Below, piece by piece: positions 33,778 to 43,790 of a stretch of 46,333 bases of DNA (positions are counted from its first letter, which is position 1; the number at the start of each line of letters is the position of its first letter). The translations under genes and the position numbers were made by a program. The DNA is from an uncultured Candidatus Saccharibacteria bacterium. Its GTDB lineage: Bacteria > Patescibacteriota > CALEFQ01 > G965231055. The notes under the pieces were generated by a model. It was given only the letters and a program-made list of their open reading frames with translations, did no database searches and had not been told where the DNA came from. The stretch covers positions 1 through 46,333 of the forward strand of contig OZ246411.1 in assembly GCA_965231055.1 (NCBI GenBank), given 5' to 3'.

Positions 33778-33797
33778 GAGCAACGCTGGCGTTGCTC
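33778..33797 (-). terminator. Hairpin between the two paralogues
   Basis: GAGCAACG-ctgg-CGTTGCTC, followed by T6 on the minus strand. Confidence 0.55.
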
Positions 33798-33819
33798 TAA
33801 AGAATTACCGATGAAACGA

Positions 33820-34278
33820 CTACAGGTTGCCATCCTCAACAAATGAATCAAGATTCTCTTCAAAAAAGGGAATGTCAAATTCTGACATAATGCTTTTTAG
33901 AATATCTGAATCCTGATATGAATCCTCGCTTATATCAATCGAGTCAATAATACCCAGAATCTCCTGCAGTCTTTCTCCGTGATGGGGATCGTGTTTCCTG
34001 ACAATAGCAACCAATACTCTAAGAAGTGGTTCATATTCGTTAATCACAATCTCATCATATATTTTCTGAAGTGATTGTAGGTCTAGGGGTTTTGAATCAG
34101 GATCAGACGCAGCAAAGCATAACCCCAAAACGATTTGAGCGCCACAATTCGAATCTACAAACCATTTCTGTGCCAACTCGTGCAGTTGCACTGGAAGATT
34201 ACTCTTGATTGTATCCACGCATTCGAGTTCTTTGCCAAACATTCCCAGCAAGCACGCATCGCTAAGTCCGAATCCCAT
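33820..34278 (-). CDS. Small helical hypothetical protein, paralogue A (higher GC)
   Basis: A 152-aa ORF with the SD AAGGAG and an acidic C-terminus. It shares ..LVAIVRKHDPHHGERLQEILG.. and GLCFAASD/GLCIAGSD blocks with paralogue B. Confidence 0.6.
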   Translation of the reverse strand: MGFGLSDACLLGMFGKELECVDTIKSNLPVQLHELAQKWFVDSNCGAQIVLGLCFAASDPDSKPLDLQSLQKIYDEIVINEYEPLLRVLVAIVRKHDPHHGERLQEILGIIDSIDISEDSYQDSDILKSIMSEFDIPFFEENLDSFVEDGNL

Positions 34279-34394
34279 GGTATTCTCCTTTATAAAGATC
34301 GAGGTGTTGCCACAAAATTGTGGTCAAATAAAAATATCACAAATAAATGCAATGTCAATAAAAAATCCGCGACTTTTATCGCGGATTCATTGTA

Positions 34395-36185
34395 TTATTT
34401 TTTTCTTTCAGATCTGATTCTATCGTTTTTTGAAAGATATTTTTTTCTAAGTCTTATGTTTTCAGGTGTAATTTCAAGATATTCATCTTCTTTCATAACT
34501 TCAAGTCCTCGTTCAAGAGTAAGTTCAATAGGAGGAACCAATCTAATTGCTTCATCAGAACCGGCAGCTCTTATGTTTGTAAGATGCTTTCCTTTTATAG
34601 GATTTACTTCCATATCATAACCTTTTGATGCATTTCCTATTACCATTCCTTCATAAACATCAGTATTTGCTTTGATATATAGCGATCCTCTATCCTGAAG
34701 ATTGTAAAGTGAAAAACCAAGTGCTTTTCCTGCAGCCATTGAAATCATTGAGCCAGTATCTCTGTGATCTATTTCTCCCACAAAAGGTTTGAATCCCACA
34801 ACTCTTCTAGAAAGAATTCCTTCACCCTTTGTATCTATCACAAATTCGCTTCGGTATCCAAGAAGTCCTCTAGTTGGAGCCATAAAAATCATACGAGTAT
34901 TTCTACCCTCTGGTTTCATTTCAGTCATCTCAGCTTTACGCTTAGCAAGTTTTTGCATTACAATTCCTGTAAGATTTTCCGGAATATCTATCGTTACCTC
35001 TTCGAATGGTTCTAGTTTTTCACCATTTTCTTCCTTGATAATAACTTGAGGCTGAGAGACCTGAATTTCATATCCTTCTCTGCGCATATTTTCTAGCAAA
35101 ATAGCAACGTGTAATTCCCCTCTTCCAGAAACTTTGAAATGATCCGATGGGGTAAAATCTATTTTTAGTCCCACGTTGACTTCCAATTCTTTTTCAAGTC
35201 GCTCTCTAATTTGTCTACTAGTAAGCAATGTTCCGTCCTGACCAGCAAATGGCGAACTATTTACAGCAAAATCAAGAGTAATAGTTGGTTCGTCAATTTT
35301 GATAGCTGGCAATGCTTTTTGGTCTGGATTTGAACAAATAGTTTCTCCTATAAAAATATCAGGTAGTCCTGCAAGCATAACTATATCTCCGGAGCTAGCA
35401 CTTTCTACCGATTCTCTTTGAATACCCTTGAAAGTAAAAAGCTTGGTTATTTTTCCACCCAAAGTCTCTCCGGCAATATTTTTTACAAAAACATTATCAC
35501 CAACTTTTATGGTTCCTTCATAAATTCTTCCTATTGCCATTCTTCCTAGATAATCATCGTAAGCAAGGTTGAAAGGCTGAAGCAATAAAGGATTTTTGGT
35601 TTTTTCTTCAGAAGATGCAGCTGGTACAAGTTTCAAAATAGTATCAAGTAACGGGGTGAGATCTTTGGACTCATCTTCCAATTTCATTTTGGCTATCCCC
35701 TCTCTTCCTATAGCATAGACCGTAGTGAAATCAAGCTGCTCATCAGTAGCTCCAAGATCCAAAAACAATTCAAAAACCATTTCCTGCACTATTTCAGGAC
35801 GAGCTGCCGGTTTATCTATTTTGTTTATAACTACAATGGGCTTGATCCCCAACTCCAAAGATTTTTTGAGCACAAATTTGGTTTGTGGCATAGGTCCTTC
35901 TTGAGCATCTACGACAAGCAAAACACAATCAATAGAACGAAGCACTCGCTCCACTTCAGAACCAAAATCAGCGTGCCCTGGGGTATCTACTATATTTATT
36001 TTAGTGTCTTTGTAAAAAACAGAAGTGTTTTTTGAGTAAATAGTAATACCGCGCTCTTGTTCAAGCGCATTACTGTCCATGCTTTCTTCCCCGGTAGACA
36101 TACCAGTTTGACGCATCAAAGAATCGGTAAGCTTGGTCTTACCGTGGTCTACGTGAGCTATAATAGCTATATTTCTTATTTCCAT
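34395..36185 (-). CDS. typA: Translational GTPase TypA/BipA
   Basis: A 596-aa ORF with G motifs AHVDHGKTT(L), DTPGH and NKID, plus collinear EF-G-like domains and the BipA C-terminal domain. Confidence 0.95.
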   Translation of the reverse strand: MEIRNIAIIAHVDHGKTKLTDSLMRQTGMSTGEESMDSNALEQERGITIYSKNTSVFYKDTKINIVDTPGHADFGSEVERVLRSIDCVLLVVDAQEGPMPQTKFVLKKSLELGIKPIVVINKIDKPAARPEIVQEMVFELFLDLGATDEQLDFTTVYAIGREGIAKMKLEDESKDLTPLLDTILKLVPAASSEEKTKNPLLLQPFNLAYDDYLGRMAIGRIYEGTIKVGDNVFVKNIAGETLGGKITKLFTFKGIQRESVESASSGDIVMLAGLPDIFIGETICSNPDQKALPAIKIDEPTITLDFAVNSSPFAGQDGTLLTSRQIRERLEKELEVNVGLKIDFTPSDHFKVSGRGELHVAILLENMRREGYEIQVSQPQVIIKEENGEKLEPFEEVTIDIPENLTGIVMQKLAKRKAEMTEMKPEGRNTRMIFMAPTRGLLGYRSEFVIDTKGEGILSRRVVGFKPFVGEIDHRDTGSMISMAAGKALGFSLYNLQDRGSLYIKANTDVYEGMVIGNASKGYDMEVNPIKGKHLTNIRAAGSDEAIRLVPPIELTLERGLEVMKEDEYLEITPENIRLRKKYLSKNDRIRSERKK

Positions 36186-36269
36186 AATATTTATTCAAAT
36201 TGAAAAGCCGCAATTCATGCGACTTTGTTTGTTATAATCAAGCAAACTATCACAAGTTTCAGCTAGCCA

Positions 36270-36297
36270 GTTATAACAGTAAAAAAAGAATTTGTCA
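36270..36297 (-). promoter_or_regulatory. Candidate promoter for typA
   Basis: The minus strand reads TTGACA, a 17-nt spacer, then TATAAC. This leaves a leader of about 80 nt containing a GTCGCA-tgaat-TGCGGC hairpin. Confidence 0.45.
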
Positions 36298-36354
36298 AAA
36301 AATACAAGATCAGCGCCTAATTTAAATATTAACTCAAAACACCAAAGCTCGCCA

Positions 36355-36948
36355 TTATTCTAGCTCACCTACTATGGGATATTTTGAAATTTGGCTTTTA
36401 ACATGATAGCTGTAAAAATCGCTAGTAAGCTCCTTGCCAGCATAATGAGAAAAATGCGATCCATTTCTGAAAACGCTAGAGAGATCATAAACATTGCCAT
36501 CAACTGCAACATAAGCCGGATTTCCATCTTGTCCGTCGTATTTGGAGAGCTCTGAAAGAGTGAAAGTTTTTTTAGTTGAGGTTGATTCACTATTTGAAGA
36601 AGTTTGCACCCGTGAAGATTCTGAAACAACAGTTTCATTCTTTTTTTCATAATTTTCAAGGTACACAAAAAAGCATCCAAACAAAATAAAAAATATTATA
36701 AGCAAGCTTTTTGACAAAACATTCCACATCTTCCATCTCTTGAGTGCAAGATGAATTGCAAATGAAGCATGAACGATAAAAGCAATAGCAATAACATAAT
36801 TCAAAAAACCTGTGTGCAGTTTGGTTGCAAAAACAGGATCTATAAAACCCTTGGTCATTCCATATCCAGTTATAAAGTAGATAAACATTCCGATAAAAAG
36901 TATCCATGCAGCTACCCTATCCAATCTAATAAGATATTTTATAAGCAT
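36355..36948 (-). CDS. Membrane protein with a C-terminal cytochrome b5-like heme/steroid-binding domain
   Basis: A 197-aa ORF with about 4 N-terminal TM helices. The C-terminus (FTLSELSKYDGQDGNPAYVAVDGNVYDLSS.....H..AGKELT) is typical of the Cyt-b5/PGRMC-like fold. Confidence 0.6.
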   Translation of the reverse strand: MLIKYLIRLDRVAAWILFIGMFIYFITGYGMTKGFIDPVFATKLHTGFLNYVIAIAFIVHASFAIHLALKRWKMWNVLSKSLLIIFFILFGCFFVYLENYEKKNETVVSESSRVQTSSNSESTSTKKTFTLSELSKYDGQDGNPAYVAVDGNVYDLSSVFRNGSHFSHYAGKELTSDFYSYHVKSQISKYPIVGELE

Positions 36949-36976
36949 TTTGTTTTATTAATTTTTATATTATACC

Positions 36977-37010
36977 AAAATAGCATGGATTTGCACCATG
37001 CTATTTTTTT
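36977..37010. terminator. Bidirectional terminator after the RND gene
   Basis: AAAATAGCATGG-atttgca-CCATGCTATTTT, flanked by A and T runs. Confidence 0.65.
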
Positions 37011-37039
37011 AATCTGTTTTATTGGAACAGAGTAGCGAT

Positions 37040-40000
37040 TTAAATAAGATCATCTAGCGCGGATGTGGTTTGCCATTTTTTATCCAATCCTCTATTTTTC
37101 TTTCTTGAGAATGCATAGATTAGAGCGGGTATGACAAACAGTGTTCCAAGTGATGAAAATATTAATCCTGAAATCAAAGCAGTTCCGAGCCCAGTCCAGA
37201 AAGGATCATATATCGCCAAGGGTATAATACCGACAATCGTAGTAAGCGTAGTTGAAAGAATTGGTTTTAATCTACTCCTACCAGTTTCGGAAAGAGATTG
37301 TGCCAACGAAAATTCTGGATTGAGCTTTCGTATTTTGTTGAAAGAATCTATATAGACGATTGCATTGTTCACCACAATTCCCACAAGTGCAATTACTCCG
37401 AGTCCTGACACCATATCTAGTGTGCTACCAACAGCGAATAGCGAAGGGAAAACTCCAATAAGTCCAAATGGAATCGTAAGCATGATGACAAATGGCTGAC
37501 CATAGCTATTGAACTGATAAACCAAAACTAGATATACCAATATCAAGGCGATAGTAAATACCACTTGAAGATTACTCGAAGATTCCATAACGGAAGCATA
37601 TTCTCCACCGTATTTTACATCTTTCAATTCCAGACCAAATTCATTTAGCTTGTCTTCGCTGAGATAATTTTTTATTTCAGTTTCTAGAGCTGGTCCGTCT
37701 CCATCCTTATCCATTTTAATACTAATAGCAGAGATTCTTTCCTTTCCCAATCTGGAAATAGAATTGAGTTTTTCAACTTCTTTTACCGCAGCTACACTTC
37801 CAATGTTGGCAGAAGATACGCCAGAAGAACTTGATAAAGAAACATTTTTCAAATCATCTAGATCTTCCCTGGCTTCTTGGTTGTATTTGACTACCAGTTT
37901 ATCTGAAACACCGTCATCTCTGACAACTACTTTTCCAGCTTCGGATTCTGAGAAAACTGAATTAATAGACATGGAGCCGAAAAGCACATTGCTCTGCAAT
38001 TGGGCAAGCTTAGTGCTATCAAAATCCACCGAAACTGCAGAAAGCATCAGATCTTTTGGTCCATTTGAAATTCTTTCTATACCATCTTTATCCTTCACGA
38101 AGTTTTCAATATCATCTACGAGTTTGGCTGTTTTTTCGGTGTCGGAAGAAGCAAATTCAACCACTACATCAAACTCACTTGAAGGAGGTCCATAAGACTG
38201 AGGACTCACTGCTATTACTCTTTCGTCAATTCTAAATTTTTCCAGTTCATCATCGAGCATGTCAGAGATATCTTGCGCCGTAAGATCCGAATCTCTGTCT
38301 TTTGGTTCTTCAATAAACACCATGAAGCTTCCTTCCCAGAAGAAGAAACTTTCGAAATGAGGAATCGCTACAATTTTTTCTCCTATTTCATTATAAAGCT
38401 CTTTCTTTTCTGACAAAGGAGTTCCTGTAGGAAATTTCACAGACACATTGAGCTGCTCCGCATCGCTCGTTGGAAATTGAGAAAATGGAAGCTTTGGAAG
38501 AAAATAACCAAAGCTCACAACGAGCAGCACAACAGGAATCACGATAGTCAAGACCAGATTTTTCTTTTTTGAAAATACTTTCCTGATTGCTGAATAATAT
38601 TTATCAACCAATTTATCAATTCCTTTCTGAGCATAAAAAGCGAATACCGGAACAAAAAGTATTTTTTCTATCTTTTTGAACTTTTTCTCTTTTCGCTCAC
38701 CGCTACCCAAGATCCACTGACCGAAAAGTGGAGTAATACTTATCGCCAAGAAATAGGAGGCAACAAGCATAATAATAAGAATAATTGGAATATACTTAAA
38801 GAATTCTCCCATAATTCCTCCCATCATCGTGTAAGGAATCAATGCAATAATAGTAGTGACAGTTGCCGATAATATCGCTGGTGCGTAATCCTTTACGGAC
38901 TTAAGCGCAGCCGTTTTCTTATCCATTCCCCTTTTGAGATTATCAAGCATTCCAGATGAAATCACTATGGCATTGTCTACAAGCATACCAAGAGAAAGTA
39001 TCATCGCAAAAAGAGTAAGAATATTTAGAGTGTATCCAATCAAAGGCATCACGAACCAAGTTATAAGAAACGAGATAGGTAAAATTATTGAAACTAGTAT
39101 TCCAGCTCTCAAACTGACGAAGAACAATAGCACAACCAAAATAATTACAAGTCCAACTAGCCCATTGTCACTCAAATCTTTTATCAAGCTTCTAACATAT
39201 GGCGAGGTATCGTAAACCAAATTGAAATCTATATCTTCGGTGATAACTTTTTTATCATAGATTTTTTCTACAGCCTCCTTAACCGAATCAGAAACTCTCA
39301 AAACATCTCCATCGCCTTTTTTAGTAACTAAGATATATAGAGATTCTTTGGTAACTGCATCTCCATTTTCGTCTATAAATCCTGCCAAGGTAAAACCCTC
39401 TTCCGATGGAGCTCTTTTTACCTCTGCAAAATCTCCAAGCTTCATTGGCCCAAAAGAAATATTCTTTATATCTTCTATGCTACCAATCTCGCTTTCTATA
39501 ACTATAGCCTTTTCTTTTCCATCTTCACTTGTCACAAATCCTCCAGGTAAACTAGAAGTGACTCCTTTCAAAACAGAAACCACGGCATCTTTTGATAGTC
39601 CTAGTGAATTTAATTTGGCATAATCCAAAATTACCTGAATCTCCATTTCCGCAGAAGGCACAACATCAACTGATTTTATTTCTGAAGAAGTAGTTTCGAG
39701 ATAACTCACAATAGCCGGAGTTTTTTCCAAAAGCTCTGTTTGTGAAAAATTATCGCTAGTCACAGCATAAGCCAAAGTTGGCCCAGTAATATCTATCTGG
39801 GTAACCGCTACATCCACATCGTCTGGCAATACCACTTTTGATGTTTGATCTTGGACCTCTGATACTTTTTTATCTAGATCCTTGAAATCACTAAGCTCTA
39901 TAAATATACTTCCAAAATTATTTGAAGCAGACGATCTAAGTGTTTTTATCCCCTCTACTTCTGAAATTCTATTTTCAAGAGGAATAATAACTTCTCTTTC

Positions 40001-40243
40001 TATATCTTCGGCATTAGCACCGGGATAAACCGCAGTAGCTATCAGCATGTTAGCAGGAATATCTGGAAAATCTTGTTTAGGAATATCTCTCACTCCCATA
40101 ATTCCAGCAACTATAACCGCTATCAAAAGCAATATAGTTATTTTGTATTTATCAATAAAAAACTTTGCCCAGTTTGAAAATCCGCTTGGTTTGAATGTTT
40201 TTTGAGATTGCATATTGTTGTTTTGTTTATGAATAAATGCCAC
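37040..40243 (-). CDS. RND-superfamily efflux permease (AcrB/AcrD/AcrF family)
   Basis: A 1067-aa ORF with the 12-TM two-fold repeat architecture, two large extracytoplasmic loops and typical TM4/TM10 regions. An alternative start is Met11 (40213). Confidence 0.85.
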   Translation of the reverse strand: MAFIHKQNNNMQSQKTFKPSGFSNWAKFFIDKYKITILLLIAVIVAGIMGVRDIPKQDFPDIPANMLIATAVYPGANAEDIEREVIIPLENRISEVEGIKTLRSSASNNFGSIFIELSDFKDLDKKVSEVQDQTSKVVLPDDVDVAVTQIDITGPTLAYAVTSDNFSQTELLEKTPAIVSYLETTSSEIKSVDVVPSAEMEIQVILDYAKLNSLGLSKDAVVSVLKGVTSSLPGGFVTSEDGKEKAIVIESEIGSIEDIKNISFGPMKLGDFAEVKRAPSEEGFTLAGFIDENGDAVTKESLYILVTKKGDGDVLRVSDSVKEAVEKIYDKKVITEDIDFNLVYDTSPYVRSLIKDLSDNGLVGLVIILVVLLFFVSLRAGILVSIILPISFLITWFVMPLIGYTLNILTLFAMILSLGMLVDNAIVISSGMLDNLKRGMDKKTAALKSVKDYAPAILSATVTTIIALIPYTMMGGIMGEFFKYIPIILIIMLVASYFLAISITPLFGQWILGSGERKEKKFKKIEKILFVPVFAFYAQKGIDKLVDKYYSAIRKVFSKKKNLVLTIVIPVVLLVVSFGYFLPKLPFSQFPTSDAEQLNVSVKFPTGTPLSEKKELYNEIGEKIVAIPHFESFFFWEGSFMVFIEEPKDRDSDLTAQDISDMLDDELEKFRIDERVIAVSPQSYGPPSSEFDVVVEFASSDTEKTAKLVDDIENFVKDKDGIERISNGPKDLMLSAVSVDFDSTKLAQLQSNVLFGSMSINSVFSESEAGKVVVRDDGVSDKLVVKYNQEAREDLDDLKNVSLSSSSGVSSANIGSVAAVKEVEKLNSISRLGKERISAISIKMDKDGDGPALETEIKNYLSEDKLNEFGLELKDVKYGGEYASVMESSSNLQVVFTIALILVYLVLVYQFNSYGQPFVIMLTIPFGLIGVFPSLFAVGSTLDMVSGLGVIALVGIVVNNAIVYIDSFNKIRKLNPEFSLAQSLSETGRSRLKPILSTTLTTIVGIIPLAIYDPFWTGLGTALISGLIFSSLGTLFVIPALIYAFSRKKNRGLDKKWQTTSALDDLI

Positions 40244-40350
40244 GATATTTTAGCAGAAACAAATGAAATAAACAAACATCATAAGTATCTATTCACAAAA
40301 CAAATCTAGACAAAAAAAACAACCAGCAACTTCAGTTTTTAAAAGAACCT

Positions 40351-40824
40351 CTAAGAAACTGCTTGAAAAGCCATAACTCCAAAGGATACGAGTAATGAAA
40401 CCGCAATTCCTGAAATGACAACTCCAAGTGCTATTGCCAAGACCGACTTCCAAAAAGGCATACCCAAAACATGAGATGCTATGATCCCACTCCATGCACC
40501 AGTAAGAGGAAATGGAATAGCTACAAAAATCATGAGAGCCAAAAACTTCCAGTTAAATTTAGTGAAGTGCTCGCTGTGTTTGTTTTGAAATCTACTGTAT
40601 AGCCAAGTCATGAACCTATTAAAAAGATACCATTTGCGCATAAGAAGATCTGAAAACTTTTTCAATACAAATAGCACGGGAATAACTGGAAGCAAGTTTC
40701 CTATCAACCCCAAGAAATAAGCTTTTTCAATAGGAAAGCCAAAACCCACACCGAGAGGAATCGCTCCTCTTATTTCTGAAATAGGCAGCAAGCCCGTCAA
40801 TATTGTAAGTAATTCCTGTTGCAT
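40351..40824 (-). CDS. Small multidrug-export-like membrane protein (COG2426 type)
   Basis: A 157-aa ORF. The N-terminus (LLPISEIRGAIPLGV..G......F.G.IGN.LPV) is typical of this family. Confidence 0.6.
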   Translation of the reverse strand: MQQELLTILTGLLPISEIRGAIPLGVGFGFPIEKAYFLGLIGNLLPVIPVLFVLKKFSDLLMRKWYLFNRFMTWLYSRFQNKHSEHFTKFNWKFLALMIFVAIPFPLTGAWSGIIASHVLGMPFWKSVLAIALGVVISGIAVSLLVSFGVMAFQAVS

Positions 40825-41007
40825 ATTGATTTAATAATGCAAAAATAATACCATTTTTCTTTCCCAAACACAAACCTCAAAAAGTGAACATAAAACTAAT
40901 ATCTTCACACATTACGCTACTAGAATTTGCTAAACATTGTCTAATAACAAAAAACACCCCACAGACATGAGGTGTTTTTTTAAGTTACCAACGCCTAAGA
41001 GCTAGTC

Positions 41008-42180
41008 TTATTTCTTCAAATATCTTTTCAGAATCTTTGCCTTGTCTATTCTTTCCCACGTGAAATCTTTATCCTTTCTACCAAAATGTCCGTATGCGGA
41101 AGTTTTTACATATATTGGTCTTCTGAGTTTTAGCATTTTTTCTATAATCCCGTGAGGAGTAAGATCAAAATGCGTCTCTATTATCTTGGCTATTTTGTGA
41201 TCGGCTATTTTTCCAGTTCCAAAAGAATCCACAGATATAGATACGGGCTTTGCCACACCTATCGCATAAGCTACCTGCACTTCACACTTTTCTGCAATAC
41301 CCGAAGCGACTATGTTTTTCGCCACATATCTAGCAGCGTATGCTGCCGATCTGTCCACCTTTGTAGGATCTTTTCCTGAAAAGGCTCCACCACCGTGTCT
41401 ACCCATTCCACCATAAGTATCTACTATAATTTTTCTACCAGTAAGCCCCGCATCGCCCTGAGGTCCTCCAACTACAAAACGGCCAGTGGGATTTATGTGA
41501 TACTTGGTATTTGAATCAAGCCACTTACCACAAACTGGTTTTATAACTTTTTCCGTAATCTCTTTTTTTATTTTGTTATAACTAATTTCGGGATCATGCT
41601 GTGCCGAAACCACTACAGTATCCACGCGAACGGGTTTTCCTTTTTCATTGTATTCTACCGTAACTTGAGATTTGCCATCTGGACGAAGCCATTTGATTTC
41701 TCCATTCTTACGAACTTCGGCTAGACGCTTTGTGATTCTGTGTGCCAGAGCTATCAGCAAAGGCATATACTCAGGAGTTTCATTGGTCGCATATCCAAAC
41801 ATCATACCCTGATCTCCTGCACCTTGTTCTTTGTGTAAACCCTTGAGCGCATCAACGCCCTGCGCTATGTCCTGGCTTTGTTTATCAAGTGCCACGCTCA
41901 CACCACAATGCTCACCATCTATTCCGTATTCTGCATTATCATATCCCACATCCATTAATTGACGCCTTACCACTTTTGAAATATCCACATGCGCACTTGA
42001 GGTTATTTCCCCAAATACAAATACTTGCCCAGTAGTTACCGCTGTTTCGCACGCGACGCGCGAATACGGATCTTGCGTGAGCATAGCATCAAGCACCGCA
42101 TCAGATATACGGTCAGCCAACTTGTCAGGGTGACCTTCTGTCACCGATTCTGACGTAAACAGAGTGTTTACTTTTTCCAT
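41008..42180 (-). CDS. metK: S-adenosylmethionine synthetase
   Basis: Motifs [19 protein letters not shown] and GGGAFSGKD, with full-length collinearity. The start is taken at Met19 of the listed ORF ([12 protein letters not shown]..), which has an AAGAGG SD upstream. Confidence 0.95.
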   Translation of the reverse strand: MEKVNTLFTSESVTEGHPDKLADRISDAVLDAMLTQDPYSRVACETAVTTGQVFVFGEITSSAHVDISKVVRRQLMDVGYDNAEYGIDGEHCGVSVALDKQSQDIAQGVDALKGLHKEQGAGDQGMMFGYATNETPEYMPLLIALAHRITKRLAEVRKNGEIKWLRPDGKSQVTVEYNEKGKPVRVDTVVVSAQHDPEISYNKIKKEITEKVIKPVCGKWLDSNTKYHINPTGRFVVGGPQGDAGLTGRKIIVDTYGGMGRHGGGAFSGKDPTKVDRSAAYAARYVAKNIVASGIAEKCEVQVAYAIGVAKPVSISVDSFGTGKIADHKIAKIIETHFDLTPHGIIEKMLKLRRPIYVKTSAYGHFGRKDKDFTWERIDKAKILKRYLKK

Positions 42181-42202
42181 TTGTTTTTTCAGCCTCTTTT
42201 TC

Positions 42203-42259
42203 GCCAAAAATAAAACTGGGTACAACACAACCAAGCAAAAGCTAGGTTAATTACCCAGT
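42203..42259 (-). terminator. Leader terminator (attenuator) upstream of metK
   Basis: The minus strand reads ACTGGGTA...TACCCAGT, extended by AACCTAGC-tttt-GCTTGGTT and followed by TTTTATTTTT. It lies 23 nt before the metK start region. Confidence 0.55.
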
Positions 42260-42274
42260 CAACTAGGAAAAAGA

Positions 42275-42357
42275 ATTCTAACGAGGCAACCTTAGGATAC
42301 CTTCATGCCTACTAGCTAAACGCTAGTTGGCACTGATCGGTGCCCGAAGATAAGAAC
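42275..42357 (-). promoter_or_regulatory. Candidate ligand-sensing RNA element (four-way junction) in the metK leader
   Basis: The minus-strand RNA has P1 GUUCU/AGAAU enclosing three hairpins: GGCAC-cgauca-GUGCC, ACUAGC-guuua-GCUAGU and AGGCA-17 nt-UGCCU. A terminator follows. Confidence 0.35.
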
Positions 42358-42451
42358 CATTACAATCCTTTTCTTGACTAAAGAAGACTGGATTATTGAA
42401 TTATCTAATTCAATTGTAGTTTGATCCCAAAATTTGTCCAGTATTTTGTGC

Positions 42452-42486
42452 ACAGTAAAAAAATACAGTATATAAATACTGTATTT
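42452..42486 (-). terminator. Terminator after the 42513..43787 gene
   Basis: AAATACAGTA-tataaa-TACTGTATTT, followed by T5 on the minus strand. Confidence 0.7.
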
Positions 42487-42512
42487 AGAATAGATTAATA
42501 CAACTCTTGATT

Positions 42513-43787
42513 TTAATTATTATTTTTTGGTGCCGGTTTATTGTCAGCAGATTCCCCCACAACAAATCCTGTACTCCAACAAACCTGTAAATTGAATCCG
42601 CCAGTCGGACCATCTATTCCCAAAATTTCGCCAGCAAAAAATAAGTTATCTATGATTTTTGATTTCATAGTTTTGTCATCTATTTCAGAAAGCAACACTC
42701 CTCCACTTGTAACCATGGCTTCATCAAAGCCTTTTACCCCCGCAATAGGTAGCTCAAGTCTTTTAATGCTATTTACAAAACTAAGTCTCTCTTTTTTTGT
42801 AACATTGCTTGCGATAATATTTGAATCAAAACCAGAAATTTTGGCAAACTCGACAATGAGTTTTTTAGTAAGCATGCCTGCTAAAATATTCTGAAAAGAT
42901 CTACTAGGAGCTTTGACAATTTTTTCTCTGATTTCTTGATCAAGTTTCATCTCGGTTATGTTTGGCAAAAAATCAATTTTGATATTGGCCTTATCATTTG
43001 CAATTATTTTACTCACGACTCCACTGATATTTAATATTGCGGGACCTGAAAATCCGAAATGAGTAAACAAAATATCGCCTCGTTCAGTAGCTTTCTTTTT
43101 CCCATTTTGCAATACAAAAATTTCTACATCGGCCATGCTCACTCCAGCAAGCTCCCTCACCCACTGCTCATTTACAATAATAGGAACAAGTGCGGGATAT
43201 CTATTTTTTACTTTATGACCCAGTGAATTTATCAAATCAAATCCACTTCCATTTGAACCCGTCTTTGGATATGAAGCTCCCCCTGTACAAAATACGTATG
43301 AGCTCGCAAAAATATCTCCCTCGCTAGTTTTTATTTTGTTTATGCGATTCTTAGTTTTTTCTATCGCTAGCACTTCACAGTCGCACATGACACTAACTTT
43401 GTTTTTGACTATGTATTCATCCAAAGAAGCTAAAACCTCTTTAGCTTTGTCGCTTTTAGGAAACACTTTGTTTCCCTCCAGTTTTGTCTCTACGCCAAGC
43501 GAATTGAAAAAAGCCACAGTTTCATCAGGACCAAAAGTAGAAAATGCGTGCCACAGAAATCTTCCTTTTTCTTTATATTTATTAACTAGCTCTCTTGTGG
43601 TAAATCCAGAATTGGTGATATTGCACCTCCCATTTCCCGTAAGTAGAAGTTTCTTTCCGAAGCTACTATTTTTTTCTACCAAAACCACGCTAGCACCTCT
43701 CTCGGCCAATTTTCCCGAAGCTATCAAGCCAGCGGGGCCTCCTCCAATTACTGCAAAATCAAATTTTGTTTTTTGATTGGCTTTCAT
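42513..43787 (-). CDS. FAD-dependent flavoprotein of the HI0933/YhiN/BaiN family
   Basis: A 424-aa ORF with FDFAVIGGGPAGLIA....ERG..V.L.EK......KLLLTGNGRCNITN and C-terminal FFAGEILGIDGPTGGFNLQ. Confidence 0.8.
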   Translation of the reverse strand: MKANQKTKFDFAVIGGGPAGLIASGKLAERGASVVLVEKNSSFGKKLLLTGNGRCNITNSGFTTRELVNKYKEKGRFLWHAFSTFGPDETVAFFNSLGVETKLEGNKVFPKSDKAKEVLASLDEYIVKNKVSVMCDCEVLAIEKTKNRINKIKTSEGDIFASSYVFCTGGASYPKTGSNGSGFDLINSLGHKVKNRYPALVPIIVNEQWVRELAGVSMADVEIFVLQNGKKKATERGDILFTHFGFSGPAILNISGVVSKIIANDKANIKIDFLPNITEMKLDQEIREKIVKAPSRSFQNILAGMLTKKLIVEFAKISGFDSNIIASNVTKKERLSFVNSIKRLELPIAGVKGFDEAMVTSGGVLLSEIDDKTMKSKIIDNLFFAGEILGIDGPTGGFNLQVCWSTGFVVGESADNKPAPKNNN

Positions 43788-43790
43788 TGA

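Noticed and set aside
33687-33878. An N-terminal extension of the 33288..33878 ORF that would overlap the upstream paralogue by 59 nt.
   Set aside because: The extension runs through an intrinsic terminator (33778-33797). The internal Met at 33686 has a strong AGGAGGA SD, and homology to the paralogue starts there.
36372-36907. Overlapping minus-strand ORFs 36372..36680 and 36656..36907.
   Set aside because: They are alternative frames of the 36355..36948 gene, whose frame carries the TM helices and a recognisable cytochrome b5-like domain.
42181-42234. An 18-codon N-terminal extension of metK ([18 protein letters not shown]).
   Set aside because: It overlaps the leader terminator T-tract. 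MetK homology begins at [12 protein letters not shown], which has an SD upstream.
42240-42360. A SAM-I riboswitch call for the metK leader, including the plus-strand GGCAACC and GGTGCC...GATAAG strings that resemble the SAM-I 3' half.
   Set aside because: Those strings are on the wrong strand for metK, and the 5' half of SAM-I (CTTATC..AGAG..GAGGGA) is absent on both strands. The element is kept only as an unclassified candidate.
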